Shown piece after piece: positions 14,062 through 28,731 of a stretch of 64,000 bases of DNA. Numbering within the stretch: position 1 is the stretch's first letter; each line of letters opens with the position of its first letter. A program made the translations under genes and the position numbers. This stretch comes from the human T2T-CHM13v2.0 reference genome, Homo sapiens: the NCBI RefSeq assembly GCF_009914755.1, contig NC_060941.1; one strand, written 5' to 3'. The notes under the pieces were generated by a model. It saw only the letters and a program-made list of their open reading frames with translations, was not told the origin of the DNA and did not search any database.

Positions 14062-15194
14062 CTCTAAATTTCTATCCATTGATAATTTGTTGGTTTTTTA
14101 AAAATCCTTTGTTTTCTCTAGAAAGTTCAACTTAAAATGGATTCACTTAGGAGGAAAACACAGTTGCTAGCTGAGCATTTCAATGAGTTGCCAAGATGAA
14201 AGCTGGCTGAGTACAGCCCCATGAGAAAATGTTATCCAAGTAGGTTTTGCCAAGACGAAGAGAAGGATATGTCCAAATCAGAAGCAGGAAGTTCTAAGAG
14301 GAGCTCTAAGTGCGACAATATCTCCACAATTAGTTGGTGGAGGAATTAGCAGATTTTTTTAAAGGAGGCCACTTCCTAATTAGTTTATATGACTCAGAGC
14401 ATCGCCTTCTAACTCCCTTCTCTAGATGTCTCATAGACTGACCAATGATTTCTCAATAATGTATTTACACTACTTTCTCTATGGACAGTTAATCACAAGC
14501 TCATTGTAAATAGGTCATTGTGACTCCAACCTTCTTCCAGGTATGTTTCTAGTTCAGAGTATGGGACAGCATACCTGGGAGTACCTGACTTGTGGAAATC
14601 TTTGGAATTCTTTCGAGGCCACAAATGATGTGAAGACTTTTCATGCCTTGGGAAAAGCCAACGCACTTGGAGAGACAGGATGCTGAAATGGGAAGTGTGC
14701 ATTCAAGATGAGACTCATAATTTGTAATGGGGCGATGTCTACACATGAACCAGGTTCTGTTGTTCATATTTTTTGGAATCTTCAGCTCCCAATCTTTGCA
14801 GGGCTTATGGTGAGGACCACCCCAGTCTGAAACTAGAAATTGTGGGTAGCCCAGAACTACATTTACACAGTACCTTTACAACTACCTCTTTATTGAGATT
14901 TCTTGGTTCTGCTAGGCTAAGCCCCAGAGATCTGGGGCAATGAGGTACAATTCTCTTCCTGTACTAGAAATAAGAGATACAGACAGAGCTACTCAGTGGG
15001 AAAAAAAGAAAGTTTGTTAATTTAAAAAAGAAAGCAGACTCATTAATTTTGGCTGATTATTTTAGTGACATTGTTTCTATGAATTCGTTTTTTCAGTGGT
15101 GAAAATTGATTTTCTATGAACCATCCATACCCAGATCACAAAAGAAATTGGGCAAGTTGATTTTCTGGAGTTAGAAAAAAAATGAAGCTTTGTA

Positions 15195-15282
15195 AATGCA
15201 AAGCTGAAGATGCCATTTAGAGGTCAAGCCAGTAACCTTGGCTGCATTAGCACCATGCTCTAAACCAACTGAGTTGACGGGG
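15195..15282 (-). pseudogene. tRNA-Ile(AAT)-derived relic (MamSINE1 head or tRNA pseudogene)
   Basis: Reverse strand reads ccgtcaactcagttggtttagagcatggtgctaatgcagccaaggttactggcttgacc; compare tRNA-Ile GGCCGGTTAGCTCAGTTGGTTAGAGCGTGGTGCTAATAACGCCAAGGTCGCGGGTTCGATCC; B box decayed. Confidence 0.7.
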
Positions 15283-15359
15283 ATATTTCAAAGAAATAGG
15301 AAATTGAATTAATGGGTACATTCCATTCTTTAGTACCAATAAAAGCCTGTGTAAGTTGA

Positions 15360-15728
<369 letters not shown>

Positions 15729-17329
15729 TCTGGCTCTATTTCAATGTCAGTAATATATTGATATTATTAATTAGCCTCTGCTGAGATGTAGGGAGGCAGA
15801 GAAGAGAGAAATTGCGGGGGCGGGGGGGAAAGGAAATTCTAAAATATAAATCATAAATCTTTAGAAGAAAATCATTATGCAAATTCCTTCGCCATCACCA
15901 TTGTTTTAACTGTTATCACCTGCGATTCACCCAACTGGCAGACTTTCTGTAACCTTTTTACAAAACTGAGCATTTTCCCAAATTCCTGAAACTCACAGGA
16001 ATAAAAACAAATTGGTTAACAAATTTATTACTTAAAAATATTGAAAGGAAAATTGCACAAAAAGATGGTTTGAGTTTGTTTTCTTCTTCAGTTGTGTTGC
16101 AAATAGTTCCCCCAATGAAACCATGGAATTTCCTCCAGTCTGTTCCCCATTACCTCTGTGGGAAAATTGTGAAAAATCAATCTGTTTTCTGCATAACTGT
16201 ATACATCCCATTATTCGAGGAATGTCAAAAGCAAACCCCAATGACTGACAATATCAATCTTTTCCCTCTATTTTCCAAGTTTAATTTCAGCAGTAGTTAC
16301 AAAGCAGAAAGGAAAGTGCAGGCTGAATATCATTATACCCCAGGCAATTGCAGATTTTAAGAAGAATTTATATAAAACAGGAGGGTGTATTCTCTTTATA
16401 GCTGATTATATCTTTGACCTTGAGAGTCACATAAGCTTCCTATGACTATGAGATTTTTCAAATGTCAGCGAAGAATGGGGCATGGGGCAGGCAGAACACA
16501 ATGCCTTTCCTCTAGTTGACAGTGAAAATGTAGATAATGCCATGCCAAGGTTAAAATTTTTGAAAGAAAAAAATAAAAAGATTCTAGAGAAATGTAATGA
16601 TTGGTAACATTTGATGTAATCCTATAAAAGAGTTAGGGCTCAGGGATTTATTATGTCTTCTGTCTTAAACATTTATTGCCGCAAAGGAGCTTTGGGGTGA
16701 GATTTTCTTTTTTTTTTTTAAGACAAGCTTGTCATGAAAGCCTAATTTTGCTAATTTTATATAACTTTTTTCAAAATATTTTATTTATAAAGATTTTATT
16801 AGATGGTTTTATATTTTTGTAAGAAAATATAAATGCTGGGAACTTCATGGTGTTTGGGAAGCAAGAGACTTAAAAGAAAGAAAAAAATTCAATATAGTTT
16901 CACTCGGAGGATATCCACCACATGACTTTTTTTTTCCTTGAAGTTAATGTTTTCCTCTAATAATTTTGTTTTCTCACTATCTCTCATCTCATTCTTCCAG
17001 GGAAACAAAAGAGAAAACCTCTGGCCTTAGCTGCCTCTTCACAAAATGAACCAAAGCCTTTTGAGGCGATTACTATTTTTCAAACCACTCTGGAATCCTT
17101 ACCTATGTTCTTATATTCTGGTCATGAAGGAAGATGGCTACAACATCTATAGTAGAGTAACAAAATTGGGCATTTCAATTTTCGAGCCAGAGGGTCTCCA
17201 TTTAGTCATGGTGCTGCTTTCTATGATGTATATCCAAACCAATTACTTTGAGATTCTTACAGGATAATGTATATTCAATTTTCCTCAAAGTGTACATCAT
17301 TCCACATTATTAAACTATGAGAAGCCTAA

Positions 17330-17556
17330 ATAGCTCTGAACTAGGTGTTTCTATGCCTAAGTGTGCTTCCAGATCATCCATAATCTCCTTATGCACTTAG
17401 ACAAGCTATTGAACCTCTCTGATACCATATTTCCCTATCTATATAAGGGAGATGATCATCCTGCTTTCCAAAACGTATCACTGTGAGCACTAAAAGAGAT
17501 AATTTGTTCGTAAAACTTAGTACTTGAGCACATGGTAAGTATTCAATAAATGCTAG
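17330..17556 (+). mobile_element. MIR
   Basis: gacaagctattgaacctctctg...gcacatggtaagtattcaataaatgctag. Confidence 0.7.
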
Positions 17557-19477
17557 ATGAAAATATACAGTTAGAATATAAGTTTATAGTTATTTTCATC
17601 TGACATTTATTGAATGGTCTGGGAGGATCCCTTGGCTTCCTTCTGTTGACACTCTAAATTCCAATGTCTGGACAGGTAGGGCATTAGCAGAAATCATACA
17701 AAATGGAATACAAAATTCACTATTGATCAACCATGTTACATATTTTAACTTTGATAATCGTCTCTGGAAGCAAAAGTCTCAACTAGAAGGCTATTGGAGA
17801 CCCTTAGATTCTATGCAAAGCAAAATGACCTCATTTCATTTATGTTAGGGAAAAAAAACCCTCTCTGAGTGCATGGTATTTCCTTTTCATTAAAGATGAT
17901 TCTTTCAGATAACATGCTTTTCCAGACTCAAACTATCAAAAGTACACTGGAGATGTCATCAGCAAGATGGACTTCGATAAATTTAAATCAAAAGAAAAAA
18001 ATGTTTTTGCTCTGCCCTTTTAGCCTTTCCCTATCCCCAAGTCTGAAGAACAGTGACCTTTCCAGCTGGGGCAGGGACAGTGGTTTTGGTGGTTGATGAG
18101 TGGAATCTGAGATCTGTCATAAACCTCCATCATCATGCAGCTGTGGGAGGGATCACCCCACTCCTATGCAGCACATGGGCTTTCTAAATAATCTTTCCAC
18201 CAGCCCTAGACCTTAGCACAAAGGGAGCTTTTCTTCACCTCGTCTAAGGGAGTCACTGTTCTCAGGTTAAAGTGTTGGACCAGATTAACTAGCAGGGTCC
18301 CCAACTGCCAAACTATGCACAGCATAATGAATGGGCAACAGGAAAAAGTTTGATTCTCCATTTCTATAAACACCATTTCTTTTTGGCATCCATTCTACAA
18401 ATTCTGCTAAGCGTGGACCTCTCTGCAGAGATATAACTATGGAGCATATCCACAAAACGCTCTATGCATAGCTATGGAGGTGTGTTCATTGTACCCACAC
18501 TTCCCTAGAACACCATGAATTTAAGCCTTTCACTTCTTTGCTATCTTGATGTTTCATTTTACTTTCCTGTGCAAGACTAGCCCTCCTCTCTTTTCCTCTC
18601 TTTCCTTTCCTTTGTTTTTTCTTAGATCATGTAAAACTGTAAAAATAAAACAAAAGAGAAACACATTTGCCTCATTTTCAAGTAGGAAGGAGACTAGCCT
18701 CAAGACAGGGAGACTCCCTTACAGCCAAGATGACTGACAAATTCTTGTGGCTTTCTCCAAAAGTCAAACCAAAATCCAACCAGCAGCCAGGCTTCGTTCT
18801 GGCAACCTTGCTTTGCCTGGAAATGAGTGCAATCATATCCTAATAGCTATTTGGATAATTGTTCATATGCGTGATCTGCCAACTAATGTTGGAAACAAGT
18901 CCTTATTACAAATATAGCATGCAGTCTAATCTGGAATATATTAAAATGTGATTTCTGTAGATGCCTATTTCTAAACTGGAATAATAATGAAACCATTTAT
19001 CACATTTGCTTTTAAGGAGAAGAACATTTAAAGTACAATGGTAATCTGTAAATGTGTGAATGTAGACTTACTTTTTTTAATACTTAAATTTTTAAAAATC
19101 TTACTATTTTACTCAGAAGTCCTATCTTCTGAATCAGTCTTGGGCTAAAGAAGAATTTTGTCTTGTTTTTCTAACAGATGACCATAATATAAATGCTTGC
19201 ATATAAAAGTTAACAGTGATACATTTTAACCCCCCATATTGGAAATAAGTTGAATGACTACATGAACTCAAGATAATTGTGGTTGGTGATGCATGGTAGA
19301 CAATAAGAGGGAGATAAGTCTACTTCTCAGAAATCTAGAACCAAAAGGCAGTCAGAAACAAAACTCCCAAAGATTCCTCACTTTGAGCTAAAACACTGCA
19401 AGCTGAACTGCCATAGTGGGGATCTTTAGTTCTTCCCATAGATATAGATTAGAAGGCATTTTGCTGTACTTTCATAA

Positions 19478-19710
19478 AGAGGCACTGGGGCACAGAGAAA
19501 GAACAGGGGTTTGGACATAAGACAGCCTGAGCTTGAATTCCAGTGTGCCACTTACAAGAGGGGAAAATCATAGAGAACGCACATCCTTTTTCTGAGCCTC
19601 AACGTCCCCATCATTGAAATAGGAATAATAAAACTATTTCAAAGCATTGTTTTGATGACTAAATAAAATAGGTATGACTAAATAGAATAGGCATAGGTAA
19701 TGTGACCAGC
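19478..19710 (+). mobile_element. MIR
   Basis: agacagcctgagcttgaattccagtgtgccactta...tctgagcctca...aaataggaataata. Confidence 0.7.
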
Positions 19711-19754
19711 ACAAACTATGCATCTGATGAACCGAATGACAGTGCTGCTTTGCA

Positions 19755-20010
19755 GAGACAGTGTAATGTGGTGTTACGAGCATGGACAATAGTGCCATAT
19801 TTGATTTCACGTATCCCAGTATGAAATCTTTCTAATGGTGTAGTCATGAACGAGGTGTCCAACTTCTCTGTGGCTCAGTTTTTTCATCTGTCAGATGGGG
19901 GATAAAAATATTACATACCTCAAAGGGTTGCTGTCAGAAGTTAGTGAGTTAATAATATAAAGATTTTAAAACAAATTCTGGCTCAATAAGGGTTCAAGAA
20001 AGCTATCGCT
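19755..20010 (+). mobile_element. MIR (second copy, in tandem with the previous one)
   Basis: aacttctctgtggctcagttttttcatctgtcagatggggg...acctcaaagggttgctgt. Confidence 0.75.
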
Positions 20011-20324
20011 TGTGTTGTTATTAGTCCATTTGGGATAGAAAAAGCCAGCTCCCAGAAGCTATCTCCACTCCTGGTTCAGCCTATTTTCTTCTTCTTTGTC
20101 TTTTTTCTCCTTTCCTTTCACCTTTTTCACCTGTTTCTTCCTGGAAATAAAGGGTACATACCCACGTTCAGGCTTTACTTTTCTGAGGATCTACCTTGCA
20201 TGAGGCAGGAAGAAGGAAAGTAGAAAGCGACTGTGAGTTACAGTCAGGGGAAGTTGGTGTTTTCTTTCCTCAAAGATAATGAAACATGTTTCCGTTTGTC
20301 AGTGTCAATTAGTTCCATAAACTG

Positions 20325-20440
20325 ATTCGTTCTACATTTAATAAACAACTGTTGAATGGTGCTACATGCAAGGAACTGTACTAGGCACAATGAAGATGAA
20401 ATGGTGATGATGTCCATAGTAAGACTCTTTCCCTTCTGAC
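20325..20440 (-). mobile_element. L2 3' fragment
   Basis: catttaataaacaactgttgaatggtgctacatgcaaggaactgtactaggcac. Confidence 0.55.
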
Positions 20441-20584
20441 TTCCCACGCACAGGAAGTAACAAATAGATGTTAGGAAGAGGAGTTGGTTATTTTCCTCTG
20501 CTTATTGGTGTAATCAACATGATCAGGTGCTTCTAATTACTGTCGCTTTGGGAGAATGAATGGTAAATAATCCATATCTTAATA

Positions 20585-20828
20585 CAGTCTCTCTCCGTAT
20601 CCTCAGGGAATTGTTTCCAGGACCCTGCATACTCAAGTTCCACAGTTGGTTCTAGCAAAAGTCATATCTGTGGGTTTTGTATCCAGTGAATACTGTATTT
20701 TTCCATCCATGTTGGTTGCAGAGGCAGAACCCATGGATAGGGAGGGCCGACTGTATTCACTGGAAAAAAAAAATCCACAGATAAGTTGACTTGTTCAATT
20801 CAAACCAGCGTTGTTCAAGGGTTGGCTG
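20585..20828 (+). mobile_element. MER2B/MER8-type Tigger MITE
   Basis: cagtc...ttccaggaccc...gttgttcaagggttggctg, with a TA duplication on each side (20583-20584 and 20829-20830). Confidence 0.85.
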
Positions 20829-22189
20829 TAAAATGATGAAGAAAAGTACAACTTTGATTAACAGAGCCAAAAACAAAATGGACTTCATGGTTCAGTTCTA
20901 ATGTAGAAGGTTTGAATTTGCTCTACAGCCCTCAAGTGGCAGAAATGGCCTTTTCTGATTTTTCCATATGAAATTATCTCTCCTTCAAGCTCCTCTTAAC
21001 AGGATAGAAAGTAAATGGTACCGGTCACCATAGAGGAGCCCTGTTACCTCTCTAGGGTAGTATAAAAGTCCTGGAGTGATCCATAGTGCAGAAAAAACTA
21101 TGGGAAAGGACCAGCAGTCTGGGTCCATCATGGGAATCTTTGAGAAACAAAATCCAAAGTGGGCTGTACTTGCGGACCCCAGGGTTCACAGGCAACTTTA
21201 TTAGAAATCCTCCCAGTTTTCAAGATACTGCATAGAAGGAGTGCAGTAGACATGTCTCTACCACTTACATAACTGGCCATCCTGTTCCTCCTCATTTTGG
21301 GGTCTGCAACCTGGGCTAAGTCACCTCCAGCACCAGCCTCATGCCTGCTCTCTTAGTGACCAACCCAGATGGATCCAGCTCAGTTATCCTCAGCTCCAAA
21401 GAGAATCCTGGGCCTGAGGATATGTTCCAGGTGCCTGCTCACTTCTGTTATTGAAATAAACAAGAGTTAAAATCCCCAGGAGTGAGTCAAGATATTCAAA
21501 CAAGAATATAAAGACTTAGCATTCAGACCCATGGGGAAAAGGAAAAATATTACATTTTTTGTCCTTTCAAATCTGCTACAACAAAAAGAAACAAAATTTA
21601 ATATCTCATGAGTGAATCCTGTCATACTTTGAAAAAAAATCTACAGAAATGTATCCTGCAGCAGCAATATGTATTCACAAAGGCATCCCAGGGTCTGTGT
21701 TTCTTTTCTAGAAACTAAGCTTAATTTTTGTCCCATAAAATCGAGAGAAGGGAGCTGGTTTATGGTTTTATGCTGAATCTGCATTGGAACTAGAGCAACC
21801 TCTATTGAGCTTTCAGGGCTCAGCCTTAATGATACCTGATATGTACAATTGTTCATTAACCCCACACGAGGTTTCATATGCTCAGTAGCATGTATCAGTT
21901 TAGTTAATTATTTTGGATAAGACTTGTTTAAGTATGTGCCTTTCCGTTTTATGTAATTTTGAGAATAAACACCCTTTCTTATTGTTTTGTGATCCCAATG
22001 TGTTCCAAGGTTAGTTGATGCAGGTACCAGGACATCTGCGAACAACTGTTCCTTTCTCATAGATTCAGTAAGTTTCAGATGGATGAATAAATTAATGAAA
22101 TGTGGACAAATATGTTAAAATAACATGCGGGCATAACAAGACACAGTGAGGGACAAACCCAGCATTTCCCCAGAATGTCAGAGGAACAA

Positions 22190-22310
22190 TTCAATTGAAT
22201 AAATGTATTTTGAACACTTCCTACATGCAAAACATTGGGCAAGGATCGTGAAAAATACACAGAGATGAATGAGACTTGCCATGGCCCTTGGAAAATCTTC
22301 ATCGTGCCAA
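22190..22310 (-). mobile_element. L2 3' fragment
   Basis: aaatgtattttgaacacttcctacatgc...cacagagatgaatgagacttgcc. Confidence 0.55.
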
Positions 22311-22320
22311 TGGAGATAGC

Positions 22321-22780
22321 TGTGGGTGTTGCAGTACCTCTTATGCTCGGCTTCATGCCCTCTTGGCCTACTGTTTTACTCCAGCCTTATGGAGCCAGTT
22401 ATCTGCAGATGTCCTTGTACCTGCATCAACTAAGCTTCATTTTCTTCCCTAGGATTTCTCCTCTGTGCACTGTGAGATGTCTGAGCAATGTGCTCAGCCA
22501 TGGTGACACAGGCAGAAACCAGGATATGCAAGTGAACACCCCATATGACAACTCCACAAATGGGAGAAGGGAATCAACAGAGACATTCCTTTCTTCTGTC
22601 GCTCAGGTTTTGATCCCATTCTACGCAGCTGCTTAGAGGGCCACCTCAAGAGATCAAGCTCCAGTTGGTCCAGTAGGAATCAGCTTCCTCTCTTTCCCCT
22701 TTATTCATCCCTGCCTCTCCTTCAGGTATCTTAGGATCACATCTCAAAATGAACTAGCCCTAGTCTCAATCTCTGACATC
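22321..22780 (+). mobile_element. ERVL solo LTR, LTR16 family
   Basis: tgtgggtgttgcagtacc start; gagatcaagctccagttg and ggatcacatctcaaaatgaacta near the end. Confidence 0.6.
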
Positions 22781-23351
22781 ATACAAGCAACAAATTAGAA
22801 AATGAGTATGCTATAAAGATAAGCAAAGAGCTGTAAATAGAGGAACTTCGCTCTATTTGATAACCCTTTCGAAAGGCTCCCTCAGCGGCTCTGAACATCT
22901 CTTGGTTCATAGCTGCAATCCCAGTGGCCTATACTAACCCTGAGCAGTAACTCTGATTCAGTTGGAAAATATAAGTGATGGTGCAGATAAAATTTATCTT
23001 TTATCAATAATTCTGGGAGTTTCTAAATTTGGAGATTTAGAATATTTGGTGGTATAATTAAAAACTAAATGCAATCCCCCTCCCCATTAGTGGATTAATT
23101 CACGTCAGTCCTTTATTCAAAAGTTCCAAGTCCTCTCATTAGCAATAGTCCTGAAGGTACAAAAGAGAGGAGGGAAAGAAAAGGAATGCGAAAAAGGAAA
23201 AAAGGAAAAGAAACAAAAAGAAAAGAAAAGAAAAAAGACACTGCTTTAGCTTCTTCGATTTTAATGTTATTTGATGAAATCTGGGACTAGGGAGACTAGA
23301 AACCTGAAGGAAGCTATATTAAATGAAGTGATCATTTAAAAATTGGTTGTT

Positions 23352-23673
<322 letters not shown>

Positions 23674-24863
23674 TTAAATTCTAAATAATTCAAGAAACAA
23701 TATATCTGGAAAAAATATAAATATATATGTAATACACACATATATCTTTATCTAAAAATCTAGTCTATTTTCCACTTCCTTTCCCTTGTGTTGGCATAGT
23801 CAATCATGGTAACTCTAAGCAGGTGCCTAACAGGTTGTTCATATATTGGCATGGCAGAGTAAGAAGCTGGAGTCTGCAGTTGGTAGTTCAGATTCTGGGA
23901 GGTGCTAATTAGTGCAAATGATCCCAATGCCAGTTAATCATCCTAATTAACATTTTCAGTATTCTGGAAACTCAGTCCTTGGCAATTCCACTTTGGATGC
24001 CAATTAATTTTACAAGTCAATCACTCTTTTTTGTGAGGATGGAATAAACATAGAATAAATGTTTCTATCCATGTGAATTATTTGTATTCGATTTAAAAAC
24101 GAAATATGAAGCCATACCCATTTTCAGAGCACTTTACCTGAAATCTTCTAGCATTTATAAATATCTGTCTCATATGATGGTTCTTTCTGGGCATGCCTTA
24201 TTTTGCTTCTCTACTTCATAGTAAGGTTCATGTCCCACACAATTTTGGATCTTCTTCACACTCCCTACTCTACCCTATAATCTAATGTGATTGCTTGCAT
24301 TTAGCATGCCCTTAGTAAATGGTTGCTAAAGGAATGAACAAAACAATCAATGAGTAACTGAGTAAATAACACCTTGAAAGAATAAAATTGAGGATGAGGA
24401 ATTATCTACAATAGTCCAGGAATGCCACTGGGCTATGATCCCTTAGTAGCAGCACACATGTTGACATGTGTGCTATGAATACCATTGGTTGTACACACAT
24501 TTTCTTTAAGATGTGCTCTTTCTACTTCAGCATGCTCTGTATGCTGCAGATGTGCAGTGGTAGCCATATTTCAACTCTCCACCTTCACACCTCCCACCGG
24601 TGTTAACCTCTTTTCCCCAGGATTTATGTCTTTTTTTATTGTTCTGCCTGGAGCCATGCCAGATCCTAGGATCAAACTTCCCAACCTTACCAAACTCATG
24701 GGTGAAGGGATGGAAATCAGACTTGGTAGAAAGGCCTGTGCTTCTAATGTGGGAAAGGAAATGGCTTACTTATCTCCATGGAAACACATGCACTTTCCAA
24801 TTGTTGCTGAATAAATGAAAGTTGTGTTCTTAATCCACAGACCTCAATTTCAAGCAAATCTAG

Positions 24864-25153
<290 letters not shown>

Positions 25154-25467
25154 AAATTGCATTTTAAATTTCATTTTTTAAAAATTATTGTTTGTTATTT
25201 CATCTTACCCTCTAAATGCATAACTCAGTGACAATTTCTTCTAAATGGTTTCTGCAGAATAGTCTGGAAGCACTGGATTCTTAAAAGTATGAAATTAGTT
25301 ATTAAAACTGCTTTAGGATTTAGTTAACCTTTTTGAGAATTATTAGAAACTTCATCAAATACAACAATAAAGACCAGACCTTGAGTCTGCATTATTATTT
25401 CACCAAATATATAGCCAGGTACAAATGATTTTTGTTTTGAATGACCATGCTTAGATCCTCAACAAAA

Positions 25468-25575
25468 GACGGGTTGATGGATGCTGCAAACCACCATGAC
25501 ACGTGTATACCTATGTAACAAAACTGCACATTCTGTATGTGTAACCCAGAACTTAAAGTTTAATTTTAAAAAAAA
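25468..25575 (+). mobile_element. L1PA extreme 3' fragment
   Basis: gggttgatggatgctgcaaaccaccatg...cccagaacttaaag followed by an A-rich tail. Confidence 0.85.
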
Positions 25576-25784
25576 GTTTTTGAAGGATAGTATATTTAAA
25601 TTAAGTCAATATTTATTACCACTTACTCGGTTTTTAAGAAAGCTGACAGTGGTGTCATATAGAATGGCAATGTACACTATAATCAGCTGTGGGTCATATA
25701 GAAAATACAAACATCAGGATGTCGCTCAAGACACAGTGAATCATTGCTTCTGTGAGTTACTAGAACCTCTAGACTGAATGTAGA

Positions 25785-25985
25785 ACAGCATGGGACCGTA
25801 TGTAGTAGAGTTAAGACCACAGGCTTTGGAGGGCCTCCATCACTTCTTAGTGATGTACCCTTGAGCAAATTACATAACCCTTTGGTGCATTTTTCTTATC
25901 TGTAAAATGATGATACTAATAATCAATAAAACTAAAACATTTAGAATAGTCCCTAGCATAGAAGTGCTTAACTCATGTCAGCTCT
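25785..25985 (+). mobile_element. MIR
   Basis: gagttaagaccacaggctttggag...ttgagcaaattacataacc...atctgtaaaatg. Confidence 0.7.
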
Positions 25986-26071
25986 TTCTTCATCCCTACT
26001 TACTATGTGTATGTTCAATAAGCTTTACAGGTGATTCTGATCCAAAGCCAGGGTTTTAAAACGGTTATGTA

Positions 26072-26400
<329 letters not shown>

Positions 26401-26402
26401 CT

Positions 26403-26868
26403 AGAGCTGCAGTGTCCAGTTTGATAGTCACTGGCCTCAGGGGGCTATTGAGCACTTCAAATACATTCAATATAATGAATAAACTGAATTTTAAATTTTA
26501 TTTCATCTTAATTTCATGTCTAATACTTGATTCAGTTATGAGAAAACAGCTTGGGTATGTGAATGTGTTTTTCAACAGTACATTTTATGGAATGAAAATA
26601 CAGACCTAGTATTTTCAAGGAAATTTAACACCTGAATTGAGATGTGCTGTAAGTGTAAAATACACACCATATTTTAAAGACTCGGCACAAAAAAGTAAAA
26701 TATCTCACTAATATTTATATTAATTGCATTTTGAAATGATGATATTTGGGATAAAATAAAACATATTTTTGAAACTAATTGCACTCATGTTTTTCTATTC
26801 TTTAATACAGCTGCTAGAACATTTGATATCACATGTGGCCTGCATTATTGTTAACAGTCAGTACTGAC
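26403..26868. mobile_element. hAT-Charlie element (Charlie1b/MER3/MER33 family)
   Basis: gctattgagcacttcaaa...aactgaattttaaatttt and tgagatgtgctgtaagtgtaaaatacacacc are hallmark segments. Confidence 0.85.
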
Positions 26869-27023
26869 CTAGAGGATGCCAGGGGCTCATGAGTTAGTGA
26901 ATAAACTCCAAAATCTAATTACCTATTTTTCCAAATCCAAAATGTAAACCCATCAGTAGAAACAAAATTATTAACCTCTGGGAAAAAAGATTCAAAACAT
27001 AAGATATATAAGCCAATAAAAAA

Positions 27024-27025
<2 letters not shown>

Positions 27026-27070
<45 letters not shown>
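27026..27070. repeat. (TG)22 microsatellite
   Basis: Read directly. Confidence 0.98.
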
Positions 27071-27073
<3 letters not shown>

Positions 27074-27523
27074 ATCACTGGGGCGCAGAAATTTTCAGAG
27101 AAGAGAATACAAGGCATTCTGCTGTCATGGGCAAGCTATATTAGGAAGCTACTTACAGACTGGCTTACAAAGCTGTGTCTTACAGTCAAATGAGTCACAG
27201 CTTTTAAACTCTCCTTCTGCAATGCACGTAACCCACCAAAAAGACCAACATTCTCTTGCCCATTAAAAAAGACTCTCTCCTTCGTGGGAAATTCAATGTG
27301 AACATTAATACACATCCCATTCTTTATTCTCCTTGACTGTTCTTTGTCCTCAAACCTTGGAAATAGTATTTACCTCTTGGGATACTGTGATAATTAACTG
27401 GCATAGTGCCTATAAAACATGTTCAACAGTGCCCGGTGTAGAGTAGGCATTCAATATAAATTATTTTTATAATTAGATAATTATTTGACATCAATGGTAT
27501 CTTAACAATTACATCAGCAAGAA

Positions 27524-27534
27524 TGTGTGTGTGT

Positions 27535-27566
<32 letters not shown>
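27524..27566. repeat. (TG)8A(GT)13 interrupted microsatellite
   Basis: Read directly. Confidence 0.97.
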
Positions 27567-28552
27567 TTTAAAGGCCAGGCAAATGTGTACCATACAATTA
27601 GTCTATAAGAAGTGCTTTGAACATATAAATTATCAGAAGTCTTGCTGTTTTTGTCATAGCTCCCTCAGGGTCCTTGGTTCAGAATCAGGGGACTATAGCT
27701 CTAAACTACCTGTTTCTTTGGTAAGGTCATTCTTCTTTTAGACACTTAAAGTATATATTCTGCAGCTGCCTATAGGAGCTATGTTTTCAAATATCGATGC
27801 AACTTTCTCCAAGATCTTTGAATGTTGGTAATTTGGAATAAGGTTAATTCTTTATTGTCTTTCGTCTAATAAAGTTTAGACATAACTAGGATAAAAATCT
27901 GCCCAAGCGTTTTCCCCCCCATCTTAACTAACCAAACATGAGTGATTATAGGAATATAATATAAAGAAAAATAGCATCATAGTTCATTTTCATTAATTTC
28001 ATAAAATTCTAGGACACAATAACAACTTGACCAATACAAACCCGGGCTGATCAACTCATGGATCCTTCCTAATAATTCCCTGAAACTTCTTGTCCTTGGG
28101 TGTTGACACCTTGAAACTGTTTTTTAAACTGATGCTCATAAAATAAGAGATTTATAGAACCAACTGACGAGTCAGGTACAAGCTCTGTCAGGCCCTGAAG
28201 AACAGCTTTCAAACCTCCAACACAAGACTCAGACTTTTCTCCTTGGAGTTGATCTACAGTCTCCTTCTGTTATTCACTCCTAGGTTGCTGCCAACCTCAG
28301 CTAGCCAATCATGTTTGTGGGTATCAAGTGATGCCAAGTTGTTTTATTATATGGACGAATGCCCATTGACTTTAGGTTAAGATCTTGCAGTCATTTTCCT
28401 TCATGACTTAAAATGTTTTCAAACCTGAGTTTTCTGAGATAAATGGTTAAAGTTGAAACCTATTAAATGTTCATACTCAATCAGTGAACAGATTTGAACC
28501 CAGAGATAAATATACAAAATGATAAAGCACAATATCTTTGTATACCTTAAGC

Positions 28553-28731
28553 CAGAGGTGGGCAAACTATAGCCCACAGGCCAAATTCAGCATACCACCT
28601 GTTTTTATAAGGCTTGCAACCTAAGAATAGCTTTTACATTTTATAAAGGGTCACATTTGAAAAGGTTATAGAAGTACCAACATAATATTCTTGATTTTGC
28701 TTTCTTTACAGAAAAAGTTTGCTGACCCCAG
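28553..28731 (+). mobile_element. MER58 (MER58C-like) hAT MITE
   Basis: TIRs cagaggtgggcaaact and agtttgctgaccccag; 8-bp TSD ccttaagc/ccttaaat. Confidence 0.85.

Noticed and set aside
15211-15282. Functional tRNA-Ile gene
   Set aside because: The B box (GGTTCGA) and acceptor stem are degraded
22235-22636. 133-aa ORF
   Set aside because: It has a non-ATG start and runs across L2 and LTR16 relics
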